64,000 nt of DNA from the NCBI GenBank assembly GCA_030536255.1, contig JAUNQI010000008.1, positions 11,453-75,452 on the forward strand, given 5' to 3'. This document shows positions 52,973-61,569 of the stretch, piece after piece; position 1 is the first letter of the stretch; each line of letters starts with the position of its first letter. The DNA comes from Eubacteriales bacterium (GTDB lineage: Bacteria > Bacillota > Clostridia > Oscillospirales > Oscillospiraceae). Under the pieces are notes generated by a model, which was not told where the DNA came from, made no database searches, and saw only the letters and a list, made by a program, of their open reading frames with translations. Both the position numbers and the translations under genes were made by a program.

Positions 52973-54826
52973 TTATTCCTTGTTCTGTGACATCAATACT
53001 ACTGTCTCAACATGTTCTGTGTGCGGGAACATATCCACGGGCTGGATACGCTGCACTCGGTACTCTCCTGCAGTAAGTAACCGCAGATCTCTTGCCAGTG
53101 TTTCCGGATTACAGGAGATATATACAACGCGTTTCGGCTTCATTTTTATCAGCGAAGAAAGAAACTGCTCATCGCTCCCCGCACGGGGAGGATCCATAAA
53201 TACTACATCGCAGCTTTGTCGGTCAGCAGCCATCTTCAGCATGAATTCTCCTGCATCAGCGCAGGTAAACCATGCATTCTCAACACTGTTTATTTTTGCA
53301 TTCTTAATGGCATCCTTAACAGCGTCTTTGTTTATTTCCACTCCGGATACGCTTTTGCATCTTCCGGCTGCCGTAAGTCCGATGGTTCCGGTTCCGCAGT
53401 AAGCGTCGAGTACAGTTTCGCTTCCGGTGAGTCCGGCAAAGTCTATCGCAGTATTGTATAATGTCTCTGTCAGTTTGGAATTGATCTGGTAAAACGATTT
53501 GGCGGAAATTCTGAACTTCAGTCCGCAAAGTTCATCGGTAATGTATCCGGGGCCGTATAGTATTTTTTCCTGCTGACCGAGCACTACCGGTGTATATGCT
53601 GTATTGATGTTCATAATTACCGTGGTGATTTCAGGATGTTTTTTCAGCAGTGCTGCAAGGAATGGTTTCTGAAGCTTGAATATAGGGGAGGTCGTTACTA
53701 GAACTACCATGGTTTCTCCGGTTTTACTGCTTCTTTTTACAAGAATATGACGGAGAAATCCGGTATCTCTTCTTTCATCATATGCGGTGATTTTGAATTC
53801 CCGCATCATTCCACGAATAGTACGAATGATTTCATCGGCCTTTTCATCCTCAATCATACAGCTGTCTACAGCTACGATCCGGTGTTCTGAAGACTGATAT
53901 ATTCCGGAGATGATTTTCCCTTTGGAATCAAGCCCGAGAGCCGCATGGCATTTGTTGCGATAATGATAGGGGTCGTCCATTCCGATAATCGGCTGAATCT
54001 TTCCGTACTTTCCGAGCAGCTCTCCGAGCCGCTTCTGCTTTACGGCGAGCTGCTGCTGATAGGGAAGATTCTGCATCTGGCATCCGCCGCATTTTTTCGC
54101 ATACGGGCATTTCTCAAATGTATTGCTGATTGGTTTATGAGTTGCTTCGTCAGTTCTTACGGAGCTATTATTTTGTTCCTTCTGACCTTCGGAAGAGAAT
54201 TCTGTCCATGGATAAATGCTGGGGGGATCCATGGTAAATTCCATATCCTTTCCGGTTTTCGGATGCCTGAATTTCAGATGGTATGACCATAGAGCTATCC
54301 CGCATCCGTCTCCGATTGCACCGTATTTTCTGTCGCCGACGAGCGGCATACCACGGGATGAAAACTGTGCCCGGATCTGATGGGTGCGTCCTGTAAGAAG
54401 ATGAATGTGTACAAGTGAGAGTGAACCCTTGCTGGAAAGAACGAAATATTCAAGGGCTGCCTCTCTCACACCCCTGCGCATGCGTTTTACAACATATGTT
54501 TTATTTTCGGAAGCTTCCCGGAACAGCAAATCATCATATCTTCCGGAGTTCGGATTTGGAACACCATGAACTGCTGCCATATAATCCTTATCAAAGGTTT
54601 TCTCGGATATCTGACGGCTGAGTTCAGCAGCTGCTTCCTGAGACTTTGCGAAGACCATTAGCCCGCCAACAACCTGATCCAGCCGATGCACAGTTTTAAT
54701 ATCGGCAGTGCTGTCATTGATTGCTTCGCGAATAAGGGAAGGCATTCCGCCGGGTTCATCGGTGGATACTACTCCGGCGGGTTTCACGCAGACAATGATT
54801 TGCTTATCCTGGTATATTATTTCCAT
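52973..54826 (-). CDS. Fusion protein: RluA-family pseudouridine synthase (N-terminal) plus RumA/RlmD-type 23S rRNA (uracil-C5)-methyltransferase (C-terminal)
   Basis: The N-terminal roughly 215 aa carry VHRLDQVVGGLMVFAKS and GRTHQIRAQF. The C-terminal roughly 380 aa carry the Fe-S cysteines CPYAKKCGGCQ...NKC, the SAM motif DAYCGTGTIG, DPPRAG and the catalytic YISCNP. It is one uninterrupted 617-codon ORF. Confidence 0.8.
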   Translation of the reverse strand: MEIIYQDKQIIVCVKPAGVVSTDEPGGMPSLIREAINDSTADIKTVHRLDQVVGGLMVFAKSQEAAAELSRQISEKTFDKDYMAAVHGVPNPNSGRYDDLLFREASENKTYVVKRMRRGVREAALEYFVLSSKGSLSLVHIHLLTGRTHQIRAQFSSRGMPLVGDRKYGAIGDGCGIALWSYHLKFRHPKTGKDMEFTMDPPSIYPWTEFSSEGQKEQNNSSVRTDEATHKPISNTFEKCPYAKKCGGCQMQNLPYQQQLAVKQKRLGELLGKYGKIQPIIGMDDPYHYRNKCHAALGLDSKGKIISGIYQSSEHRIVAVDSCMIEDEKADEIIRTIRGMMREFKITAYDERRDTGFLRHILVKRSSKTGETMVVLVTTSPIFKLQKPFLAALLKKHPEITTVIMNINTAYTPVVLGQQEKILYGPGYITDELCGLKFRISAKSFYQINSKLTETLYNTAIDFAGLTGSETVLDAYCGTGTIGLTAAGRCKSVSGVEINKDAVKDAIKNAKINSVENAWFTCADAGEFMLKMAADRQSCDVVFMDPPRAGSDEQFLSSLIKMKPKRVVYISCNPETLARDLRLLTAGEYRVQRIQPVDMFPHTEHVETVVLMSQNKE

Positions 54827-55092
54827 TTTGTACGTTTATCCTTTGCAGATGAATAGAGTGAATGAAACAATGGACGGTCCGCAGGAAATCAAGCGAACCG
54901 TCTGAGAAATACGGAATTCATAAGATGAAATACTTAACGCATAATCAGATATACGATGGACTTATTTTAATAGAAGTACTCAGCAATTATATACGAAATA
55001 TGAGTGATGTCAATCTTCAATAAATGAAGAAGATACCTTTTTTAGTTCACTTTTTTCTCCGTACGTGATACAATAGAAAAAAATTACGGAGG

Positions 55093-55926
55093 TTGAATGC
55101 TGTGAATAAAAAGGGATTGATTGCATGCTTCGGCGTTGCAGCAGTAGCACTGCCTTTGTATATGATTGCACCGGGCAGAGCAAGTGCTGGTCAGAAAGCG
55201 CGTTTCAGAGGAGTAAATTTCGCGCACAGAGGACTCCATACGCGTGATGAATCTGTGCCGGAAAATTCAATGGAAGCGTTTCGTCTGGCTGCGGAAAAAG
55301 GATACGGAATCGAGCTGGATATCCGCCTGACGAAGGATGGGTATGTCGTCGTTTTTCATGATGATACTCTGGACAGAGTATGCGGCATCAGCGGAAAAGT
55401 GATTGACTATACATACAGCGAATTAAAGGAATTCAGGCTTTGCGGATCAGACGAGACGATCCCTCTGTTCTCCGATGTGCTGGCCATGATTAACGGACGC
55501 AGCTCCGTGCTTTGTGAGCTGAAGACATGCGGTAAGCGAAGCCGGGAGCTTTGCGAAAAAGCGTATGGTTTTATTTCCGAGTATCACGGAGATCTTTGCA
55601 TTGAAAGCTTTGACCCGACGATCCTCCGCTGGTTTCGGTTTTATGCACCGGATCTGTACCGGGGTCAGCTTGCCGCGCCGGTGAGCGAATATGCGAAATC
55701 GTCAGTTCGTCCGTTCTGCGCGTTTCTCCTCAGTCATGGTATGCTGAACTTTATCAGCAGACCGAACTTTATTTCATATAAGATCGGCTATCAGCCGCTT
55801 ACAATCAAGCTGGCATATCTGCTGCGGGCAGGAAAGTTCGCATGGCCATCTCATGAGCCGAGAAATGAAGAAGGCAAAGATGCTGTGATTTTTGAGTATT
55901 ACAAACCAAAGCCCAAATTTAAATAA
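55093..55926 (+). CDS. Glycerophosphodiester phosphodiesterase family protein, membrane-anchored
   Basis: It carries FAHRGLH, PENSMEAF and GIELDIRLTKDGYVVVFHD, plus an N-terminal hydrophobic segment. The start is TTG at 55093 or GTG at 55102, 9 nt after GGAGG. Confidence 0.8.
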   Translation: MNAVNKKGLIACFGVAAVALPLYMIAPGRASAGQKARFRGVNFAHRGLHTRDESVPENSMEAFRLAAEKGYGIELDIRLTKDGYVVVFHDDTLDRVCGISGKVIDYTYSELKEFRLCGSDETIPLFSDVLAMINGRSSVLCELKTCGKRSRELCEKAYGFISEYHGDLCIESFDPTILRWFRFYAPDLYRGQLAAPVSEYAKSSVRPFCAFLLSHGMLNFISRPNFISYKIGYQPLTIKLAYLLRAGKFAWPSHEPRNEEGKDAVIFEYYKPKPKFK

Positions 55927-55945
55927 TACTACCCAGAGAAAATGA

Positions 55946-55991
55946 AAAAGAGAACTCTGAGACAGAAAACACTGCTTCAGAGTTCTCTTTT
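55946..55991. terminator. Bidirectional terminator between glpQ-like and rsmE
   Basis: A 15-bp stem (AAAAGAGAACTCTGA / TCAGAGTTCTCTTTT) has A- and T-runs on the flanks. Confidence 0.8.
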
Positions 55992-56029
55992 TGCCGCTTT
56001 TATGGAATAATCATTTTTTGAGAGTTGTT

Positions 56030-56770
56030 TTATCCCAGATTCCCTGTTGCATACATAATTGCGGAGAGCGCAACGATCGGCGCTGTTTCGCATCGAAGGA
56101 TCCGCTCACCCATGGAACAGATACGACAGCCGGTAATTCTGGCAAGATCCGCTTCGTATTGGGCGAATCCACCCTCCGGACCTGTAATAACTGCGGCAGT
56201 TTTAAATTCAGCGGAACCGTTAAGAACAGTATTCAGGCTTTCCCTTTCTCCTGTTTCATACATGAAAAGGGAAATGTCCTTCTGATGGGCATAATTCAGA
56301 CAATCCGCATAGTTTCCGAGCCATTTTACATCCGGAATGATCCCTCTTCCGGACTGCTTTGCTGCTTCTTCGGATATGCGTATCCAACGCTCAAGCTTTT
56401 TACTGCGGCCGTCTTCATCGAATTTCGCAACGCATCTGTCGCATGAAAAAAAGCAGATCTCGTTTGCTCCGGCCTCAACGGACTTCTGGATGATATAATC
56501 GGTTTTATCACTGCCCTTCGGAAGACCGCACATAACGGATACCTTTACATTCGGTTCGGAAATGCAGGGAGTGACTTCGAGTACTTCTGCCTCAACTTCG
56601 TCTTTGGAGGATCTGACGATCCGGCATTTATAATCGCTGCCCTCGGTATCGCAGAGTATAACATCATCGCCGGGACGAAGCCGGAGAACATGAACATGTT
56701 CCGCATCGCGGCCTTTCATGATTGCCATTCCTCCGGCAATGTTTGTTCCGGCTATAAAAAATCTTGGCAT
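56030..56770 (-). CDS. rsmE: 16S rRNA (uracil1498-N3)-methyltransferase RsmE
   Basis: It has the MPRFFI N-terminus, a PUA-like region and the C-terminal SPOUT motifs ITGPEGGF and MGERILRCETAP. Confidence 0.88.
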   Translation of the reverse strand: MPRFFIAGTNIAGGMAIMKGRDAEHVHVLRLRPGDDVILCDTEGSDYKCRIVRSSKDEVEAEVLEVTPCISEPNVKVSVMCGLPKGSDKTDYIIQKSVEAGANEICFFSCDRCVAKFDEDGRSKKLERWIRISEEAAKQSGRGIIPDVKWLGNYADCLNYAHQKDISLFMYETGERESLNTVLNGSAEFKTAAVITGPEGGFAQYEADLARITGCRICSMGERILRCETAPIVALSAIMYATGNLG

Positions 56771-56882
56771 ACTATTTCCTCAGTTCGTATTATTTAGTAG
56801 ATTAAACCACAATTTTCCCCTATTTGCAACACGCTGAATTTGTATTATAATAACAAAAAACTATGATATCGGAGGAAGAAGC

Positions 56883-58343
56883 ATGCCAACATCCTGGAAC
56901 AGAACACCGGAAGAGATCCACAAAATATATGTGGCAAACACAGATGCTTTCTATTTGCTGGGAGGTTCCGGATATAAAAAGGAATTAGATGAGTTCATGT
57001 CCCGGTGTGTTTTCTCTTTGTGGAGTAAAGGTACCGGAGTTACAGACAGACATGTGGATATCGCCAATGAGCTTTATTCCCGGGGCAGCAGCAAGCCGAA
57101 CTGGATGCTGTGGAGTTTAACGAGTGCTGTTTGTGAGAGCGAAGATTTCCTTCCGCCGGTATTCTTTTGGAGCTTAGCTGAATCCGATGCGCGGAGAGGT
57201 ACGGAGCTTTCCCGTGCACTGATCAGAACGATTACGAATATTCTGCTTTATTGTTCCGCAGTAGACGATGACGTGACGTATTCCGAAGCGGAATTTATTA
57301 CCGGTGTTCAGGATAAAATGAATGCGATTTGTGATACGACCGGTGTTAAGAATTCCCGTTCTGCTGTCAATCCGATGGACTATGTTACCTCCGATCAGCC
57401 CTCATTTAAGGAAAAACATAAAGACGATATGCCGATACCCGAATCAGCTTCCCAGGATACTCCTGTGGCTGCTGTATCGGGATGTGTGGAGGGGAAAGCA
57501 GCTGCTGAGCCTGAAGCAGAATCAGAAGAGAAAAAGCCGGATCTGAATGAACTGCTTGCCGAAATGGATGAGCTGGTCGGCCTGGATGAAGTAAAAAAAG
57601 ATGTGAGAAATCTCATCAATCTTGTGAAGGTTCGTCGTCTGCGTGAGGAGAATGGTCTTCCGAATACAGATATGTCGCTTCATATGGTATTTATGGGGAA
57701 TCCCGGAACAGGAAAAACGACGATTGCACGGCTTCTTGGCAGCATGTATGCGGCAATCGGCGTTTTAAGCAAGGGGCAGCTGATAGAAGTAGACAGATCC
57801 GGTCTCGTTGCCGGTTATGTAGGCCAGACAGCTTTGAAAACACAGGAAGTAATCAAGTCCTCTTTGGGTGGCGTCCTGTTTATAGATGAAGCTTATTCTC
57901 TTTCCAGCGGCGGCGAGCAGGATTTCGGAAGAGAAGCGACAGAGACCATATTAAAAGCAATGGAAGATCATAGGGATGATCTTATTGTTATTGTTGCAGG
58001 GTATGATGAACCCATGGAGAAATTTATTCATTCAAATCCCGGCCTGGAATCCAGATTTAATAAATATTTTCATTTCCCGGATTATGACGGTGACCAGCTT
58101 TATAAGATCTTTCTTTCAAGATGTGAGAAAAACAGCTATGTTCTCAGCAAAAAAGCACAGAAGGATGCAAAAGCTATTTTCAGTGAAATGTATGAAAACA
58201 GAGATGAGAATTTCGGCAATGGGCGAGATGTCCGAAACTTCTTCGAAGACGTTGTTGTGCGGCAGTCCAACCGTTTAGCCGGAATGGAAGCTCCGACGAG
58301 AGATGATCTGATAACGATAACACCAAAGGATCTGAGAGAATGA
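56883..58343 (+). CDS. AAA+ ATPase of the CbbX/SpoVK type with an unassigned N-terminal domain of about 200 aa
   Basis: It has Walker A (GNPGTGKTT), Walker B (VLFIDEAY) and the VIVAGYDEPM and ESRF motifs of the SpoVK/CbbX family. An acidic linker is present. Confidence 0.8.
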   Translation: MPTSWNRTPEEIHKIYVANTDAFYLLGGSGYKKELDEFMSRCVFSLWSKGTGVTDRHVDIANELYSRGSSKPNWMLWSLTSAVCESEDFLPPVFFWSLAESDARRGTELSRALIRTITNILLYCSAVDDDVTYSEAEFITGVQDKMNAICDTTGVKNSRSAVNPMDYVTSDQPSFKEKHKDDMPIPESASQDTPVAAVSGCVEGKAAAEPEAESEEKKPDLNELLAEMDELVGLDEVKKDVRNLINLVKVRRLREENGLPNTDMSLHMVFMGNPGTGKTTIARLLGSMYAAIGVLSKGQLIEVDRSGLVAGYVGQTALKTQEVIKSSLGGVLFIDEAYSLSSGGEQDFGREATETILKAMEDHRDDLIVIVAGYDEPMEKFIHSNPGLESRFNKYFHFPDYDGDQLYKIFLSRCEKNSYVLSKKAQKDAKAIFSEMYENRDENFGNGRDVRNFFEDVVVRQSNRLAGMEAPTRDDLITITPKDLRE

Positions 58344-58810
58344 AAGCAGCGGTTTTTTCAGACACACATTCCTGTGTTTCTTTAATGCTGGAAACGGTTC
58401 GAAGGATCCGGCCGGATATTCTCATTCATCTCGGAGACTATGAACGTGATGCGGATGAATTGAGAAAAGAATTCCCGGAGATCCCGTTGTTCAGTGTATG
58501 CGGGAACTGTGACATCTGCCATTCCTCTCCGGAAACGGATGTTGTTCCCATCGGGAGCGTAAAGGCATTTATTACTCACGGTCATTTATATAATGTTGAC
58601 TGGGGTAGACTGGATTCTCTTGTTTATGCCGCAATGGAAAAGGACTGCAAAATTGCAATGTTCGGGCATACGCATTCTCCGGAAAACTGTGAAATCGGTG
58701 GAATAAAGGTACTCAATCCGGGCTCTTCCGGAAAAGGAAGAACGCCTACCTATGCTTTTGTTGAAGTTGCAGAGAACGGAGGAATAACCGTAGAGATTCG
58801 GAATCTGTAG
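58340..58810 (+). CDS. YfcE/MJ0936-family metallophosphoesterase
   Basis: It carries AVFSDTHS, HLGDY, GNCD, THGH and GHTH. Its start overlaps the upstream stop (ATGA). Confidence 0.85.
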   Translation: MKAAVFSDTHSCVSLMLETVRRIRPDILIHLGDYERDADELRKEFPEIPLFSVCGNCDICHSSPETDVVPIGSVKAFITHGHLYNVDWGRLDSLVYAAMEKDCKIAMFGHTHSPENCEIGGIKVLNPGSSGKGRTPTYAFVEVAENGGITVEIRNL

Positions 58811-58902
58811 CTGTTTTGCTGGAAATGATTTTTTCTGTCAACTTCCTTTTTCTGAAAAAACCATTTACGTATAAATGATGTCATATTTCGCATAACCATA
58901 AC

Positions 58903-58936
58903 AATAACGGACAGGCCAAAAGGTCTGTCCGTTATT
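58903..58936. terminator. Bidirectional terminator between yfcE-like and the nuclease gene
   Basis: A 12-bp stem (AATAACGGACAG / CTGTCCGTTATT) has a 10-nt loop. Confidence 0.75.
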
Positions 58937-58950
58937 GATTCTGTGGTCTT

Positions 58951-60189
58951 TTATTTCAGACAGCTTGAACACAAATGGTATCCCATGGCCCCCCAGTCCT
59001 TCTGCATGTCTCTGTCTCCGCTGAACTGGACCTTGTCTTCTTCGCTGAGAGAAGAGAAAACATTGCATTTCGTCGTATGAATGGTATCGGAGGAAAGATC
59101 CAGTCCGTAGACTCCTAACCGGATCCCGTCGGTTATTACGGATTCCGCGTTCGTATCAAAAAATATTCCGCTGTACTGGCTCCGCCCGGTAGCATAATTA
59201 AACTTAAGTCCGGGCTGAACATTATAGACATATACGCAGAAACATATTCCTTGCCCGCCGTCTTCAACGCTCAGAGCTTCCATCAGTATGCCGTCTGCCA
59301 TAAGATTGTTTCCGTCATACCAGGGAGTGACTCTGTACAGAATATGCTTTCCGCTGTTGCGGTCAAGCCAATTGGCGGCGGCTTCCTCATAAGGAAGCAT
59401 TGTATCGGAGTTCATGTATCTGGTTCCGGAAATCAGATTCTGCTCATTCGCGTTCTCGGATGACATCATATATCCGGCAAGATGGGCACGGGTCATGACT
59501 GTTTCGGAATCAACGCAGTCATATCGTGCCTGCTGCCAGCCTGACGGATGGATCGAGCTGATATTTCCGCGTTTTTCACCGTTCGGCATGGTTTCCCTTC
59601 CGAGACAGTCAAAAGCAACAGTACATCTGCCGAGACTATCAAGAGGACCGTAATATTCAAACGATCCCTGCTCCGCCAGCTCGATTTCGGCGTCAGTGAA
59701 AAAGGGTATATTATCGTTGATTTCCAATACACCTTCGCCGTAATAATACGGAATGTCATCCAGAGAAAAGCCCTTTGGAAGAACATCGGATGCTTTTTTG
59801 ATGGATTTCAGATAATTGGAGGTGTCGATCAGGTTGCCGTTGGAATCATACTGTTTTTTCCCGGAATCACCATTCAGAAGGTAAGGAATTGAGGTCTGCT
59901 CGGGAGGCTGCTCGGTTTGCTGCGCAGTCTGGGGAATCTGAGTCTGAAAGGAGACCTCCTCAGCGGGTTCATTCGTCTGAACAGTAGTCAGAACATTCTG
60001 CTGTGTTACGTTCTGATTGGTGTCATTTCCGGCTTCCTGAAAACGAAGATATACGTAATAAATACAAAGCAGACAGAAGAGGCCGACGATTATTTTACTT
60101 TTCAGAGGAAGGCCTTTTTTGGAGGTCTTCTTTTGTTCAGCCTTATCCTGAGAATCACGGTTCTGAGATGAGGAATAATTCTTTTCCAT
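58951..60189 (-). CDS. Membrane-anchored DNA/RNA non-specific endonuclease (EndA / DNA-entry-nuclease-like)
   Basis: It has an N-terminal TM anchor (IIVGLFCLLCIYYVYL). The TRAHLAGYMMSSENANEQNLISGTRYMN pattern resembles the RGHLxGY...NxxNL...T..N core of the EndA family. The C-terminus has a His/Cys...CxxC tail. Confidence 0.62.
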   Translation of the reverse strand: MEKNYSSSQNRDSQDKAEQKKTSKKGLPLKSKIIVGLFCLLCIYYVYLRFQEAGNDTNQNVTQQNVLTTVQTNEPAEEVSFQTQIPQTAQQTEQPPEQTSIPYLLNGDSGKKQYDSNGNLIDTSNYLKSIKKASDVLPKGFSLDDIPYYYGEGVLEINDNIPFFTDAEIELAEQGSFEYYGPLDSLGRCTVAFDCLGRETMPNGEKRGNISSIHPSGWQQARYDCVDSETVMTRAHLAGYMMSSENANEQNLISGTRYMNSDTMLPYEEAAANWLDRNSGKHILYRVTPWYDGNNLMADGILMEALSVEDGGQGICFCVYVYNVQPGLKFNYATGRSQYSGIFFDTNAESVITDGIRLGVYGLDLSSDTIHTTKCNVFSSLSEEDKVQFSGDRDMQKDWGAMGYHLCSSCLK

Positions 60190-60201
60190 TTGTCAGTATC
60201 C

Positions 60202-60390
60202 TCACATGGAAGTAGTATAGTTCGGAGCTTCTTTCGTAATGTATATATTGTGCGGATGAGATTCCTTGAGACCGGCACCGGTTATTCTTACGAATTTGCT
60301 CTTGGTACGGAGGTCTTCTATATTGTGTGCTCTGCTACCGGAACGAAGCCCGCCCATAAACTGGAAGACGGTAAGAGCTCCCTTACTCAT
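60202..60390 (-). CDS. Hypothetical 62-aa protein (HPH motif; possibly YwbE/DUF2196-like)
   Basis: It is the only sizeable ORF co-oriented with its neighbours, and its stop sits in the RBS region of the nuclease gene. Its own RBS is weak. The family guess is tentative. Confidence 0.3.
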   Translation of the reverse strand: MSKGALTVFQFMGGLRSGSRAHNIEDLRTKSKFVRITGAGLKESHPHNIYITKEAPNYTTSM

Positions 60391-60448
60391 GAATAGTTAA
60401 GGCCCCTGTTTTGTGCAGGGACCTTACGCTGTTCTTTTTTGCTAACTA

Positions 60449-61399
60449 TTATTTAAGAAGATGAGAAAGGATTCCTGCAAGTCCGGAACCGGATGATTGC
60501 TGATGAGAGTTATTTGAGCTTCCACCGAGCAGACTTCCGAGGAGTCCCATTGCTCCGCTTGCCATGGAGCTGTTACTGGAAGACCCCGTCGTGGCGCCGA
60601 GAAGGCTGCCGAGAAGGTTGGAGGAAGAAGAGCCTGTGCTTCCGCCGAGCAGACTTCCGAGCATGCTGTTATTTCCATAGGAATTTCCGCCGAGCGCACC
60701 GGTAAGAACTGAGCCGAGAGCGGCAGTCATAAGAGAATTGGAAGAGCTGCTGTTTGAGCTGCCTCCGAGGAGTGAACCGAGCAGAGAGGCAGTTCCGCTG
60801 GAGCTGTGAGAGCTGGATGTTTCTTTACCGAGGAGATTCATGATGATCGGTGCAGCGGCAGCAAGAACGAGGCCGACTTTTGCGGAGCTCAATCCTGTTT
60901 TTCTGGAAATTTCGTTCTTTACGTTTTCTGCATCAGAACCGAGAAGATGATTAATGATCTTCTGACCTTCATCAACATCAACATCTTCAGGATTCTTTCC
61001 GGCATGGGAATTCACGGCTTCAAAGAAGCTTTCAGATGTTTCCGCAGAAGAAGCCTGAGAGTTTGCACCGTTCAAAAGGGAAGGAAGAGCGGCTGCAAGT
61101 ATACCGGCGACATTTCCGGAATCAACGCCGGCCTTTCCGGAAACAGAACTCAGACTGCTGTCACTGAGGAAGGAAGACATGAGACCCGTGAGAGCGGGGG
61201 AGACATCCTTGTTTGCAGTCTTTGCTGAAGTTGCATTTTTTGCTGCCGGCTTAACGACGGTAGTTTTTTTCTCGGTAGTCTTAGCTGCGGATTTTGCAGA
61301 AGTAACTTTCTTTGCTGTCGGCTTTGCGGTTACTTTTTTTTCAGAATCGGATTTCTTAGCTGCGACAGCTTTTTTTGCTGTTTTTCTGGCATCAGCCAT
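60449..61399 (-). CDS. DUF937-like protein with Lys/Ala-rich N-terminus and Ser/Gly-rich C-terminal repeats
   Basis: The central GQKIINHLLGSDAENVKNEISRKTGLSSAKVGLVLAAAAPIIMNLLGK resembles DUF937. It is flanked by AKKxxxAKK repeats and four or more LGSLLGG-S/N-rich repeats. The start at 61399 (GGAGA 8 nt upstream) is preferred over 61414. Confidence 0.6.
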   Translation of the reverse strand: MADARKTAKKAVAAKKSDSEKKVTAKPTAKKVTSAKSAAKTTEKKTTVVKPAAKNATSAKTANKDVSPALTGLMSSFLSDSSLSSVSGKAGVDSGNVAGILAAALPSLLNGANSQASSAETSESFFEAVNSHAGKNPEDVDVDEGQKIINHLLGSDAENVKNEISRKTGLSSAKVGLVLAAAAPIIMNLLGKETSSSHSSSGTASLLGSLLGGSSNSSSSNSLMTAALGSVLTGALGGNSYGNNSMLGSLLGGSTGSSSSNLLGSLLGATTGSSSNSSMASGAMGLLGSLLGGSSNNSHQQSSGSGLAGILSHLLK

Positions 61400-61569
61400 A
61401 GTGTTGATCTCCATTTCATTATGATTAAATTTCTACTGGTGTAAATGAATAAAACTTTCTGATATTATGAACTTGTTTTACGTCTGCGTCAAGAAAATTA
61501 TACTAAATATTGTTGAAAAATCTATCAGAACGTGTATAATTAGTTTCAATCTATGTAAGGAGGCATATC

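Noticed and set aside
60190-60396. 68-aa plus-strand ORF and a possible riboswitch or sRNA in the nuclease upstream region
   Set aside because: The plus-strand ORF has no RBS and opposes the local transcription direction. I could not match the region to c-di-GMP, c-di-AMP or other riboswitch cores. The minus-strand 62-aa ORF is reported instead, at low confidence.
60470-60800. Short DNA repeats (CCGCCGAGCAGACTTCCGAG and similar), considered as a possible CRISPR or VNTR array
   Set aside because: They lie in-frame within a coding region and encode the LGSLLGG low-complexity repeats. The spacing is irregular and there is no repeat-spacer organisation.
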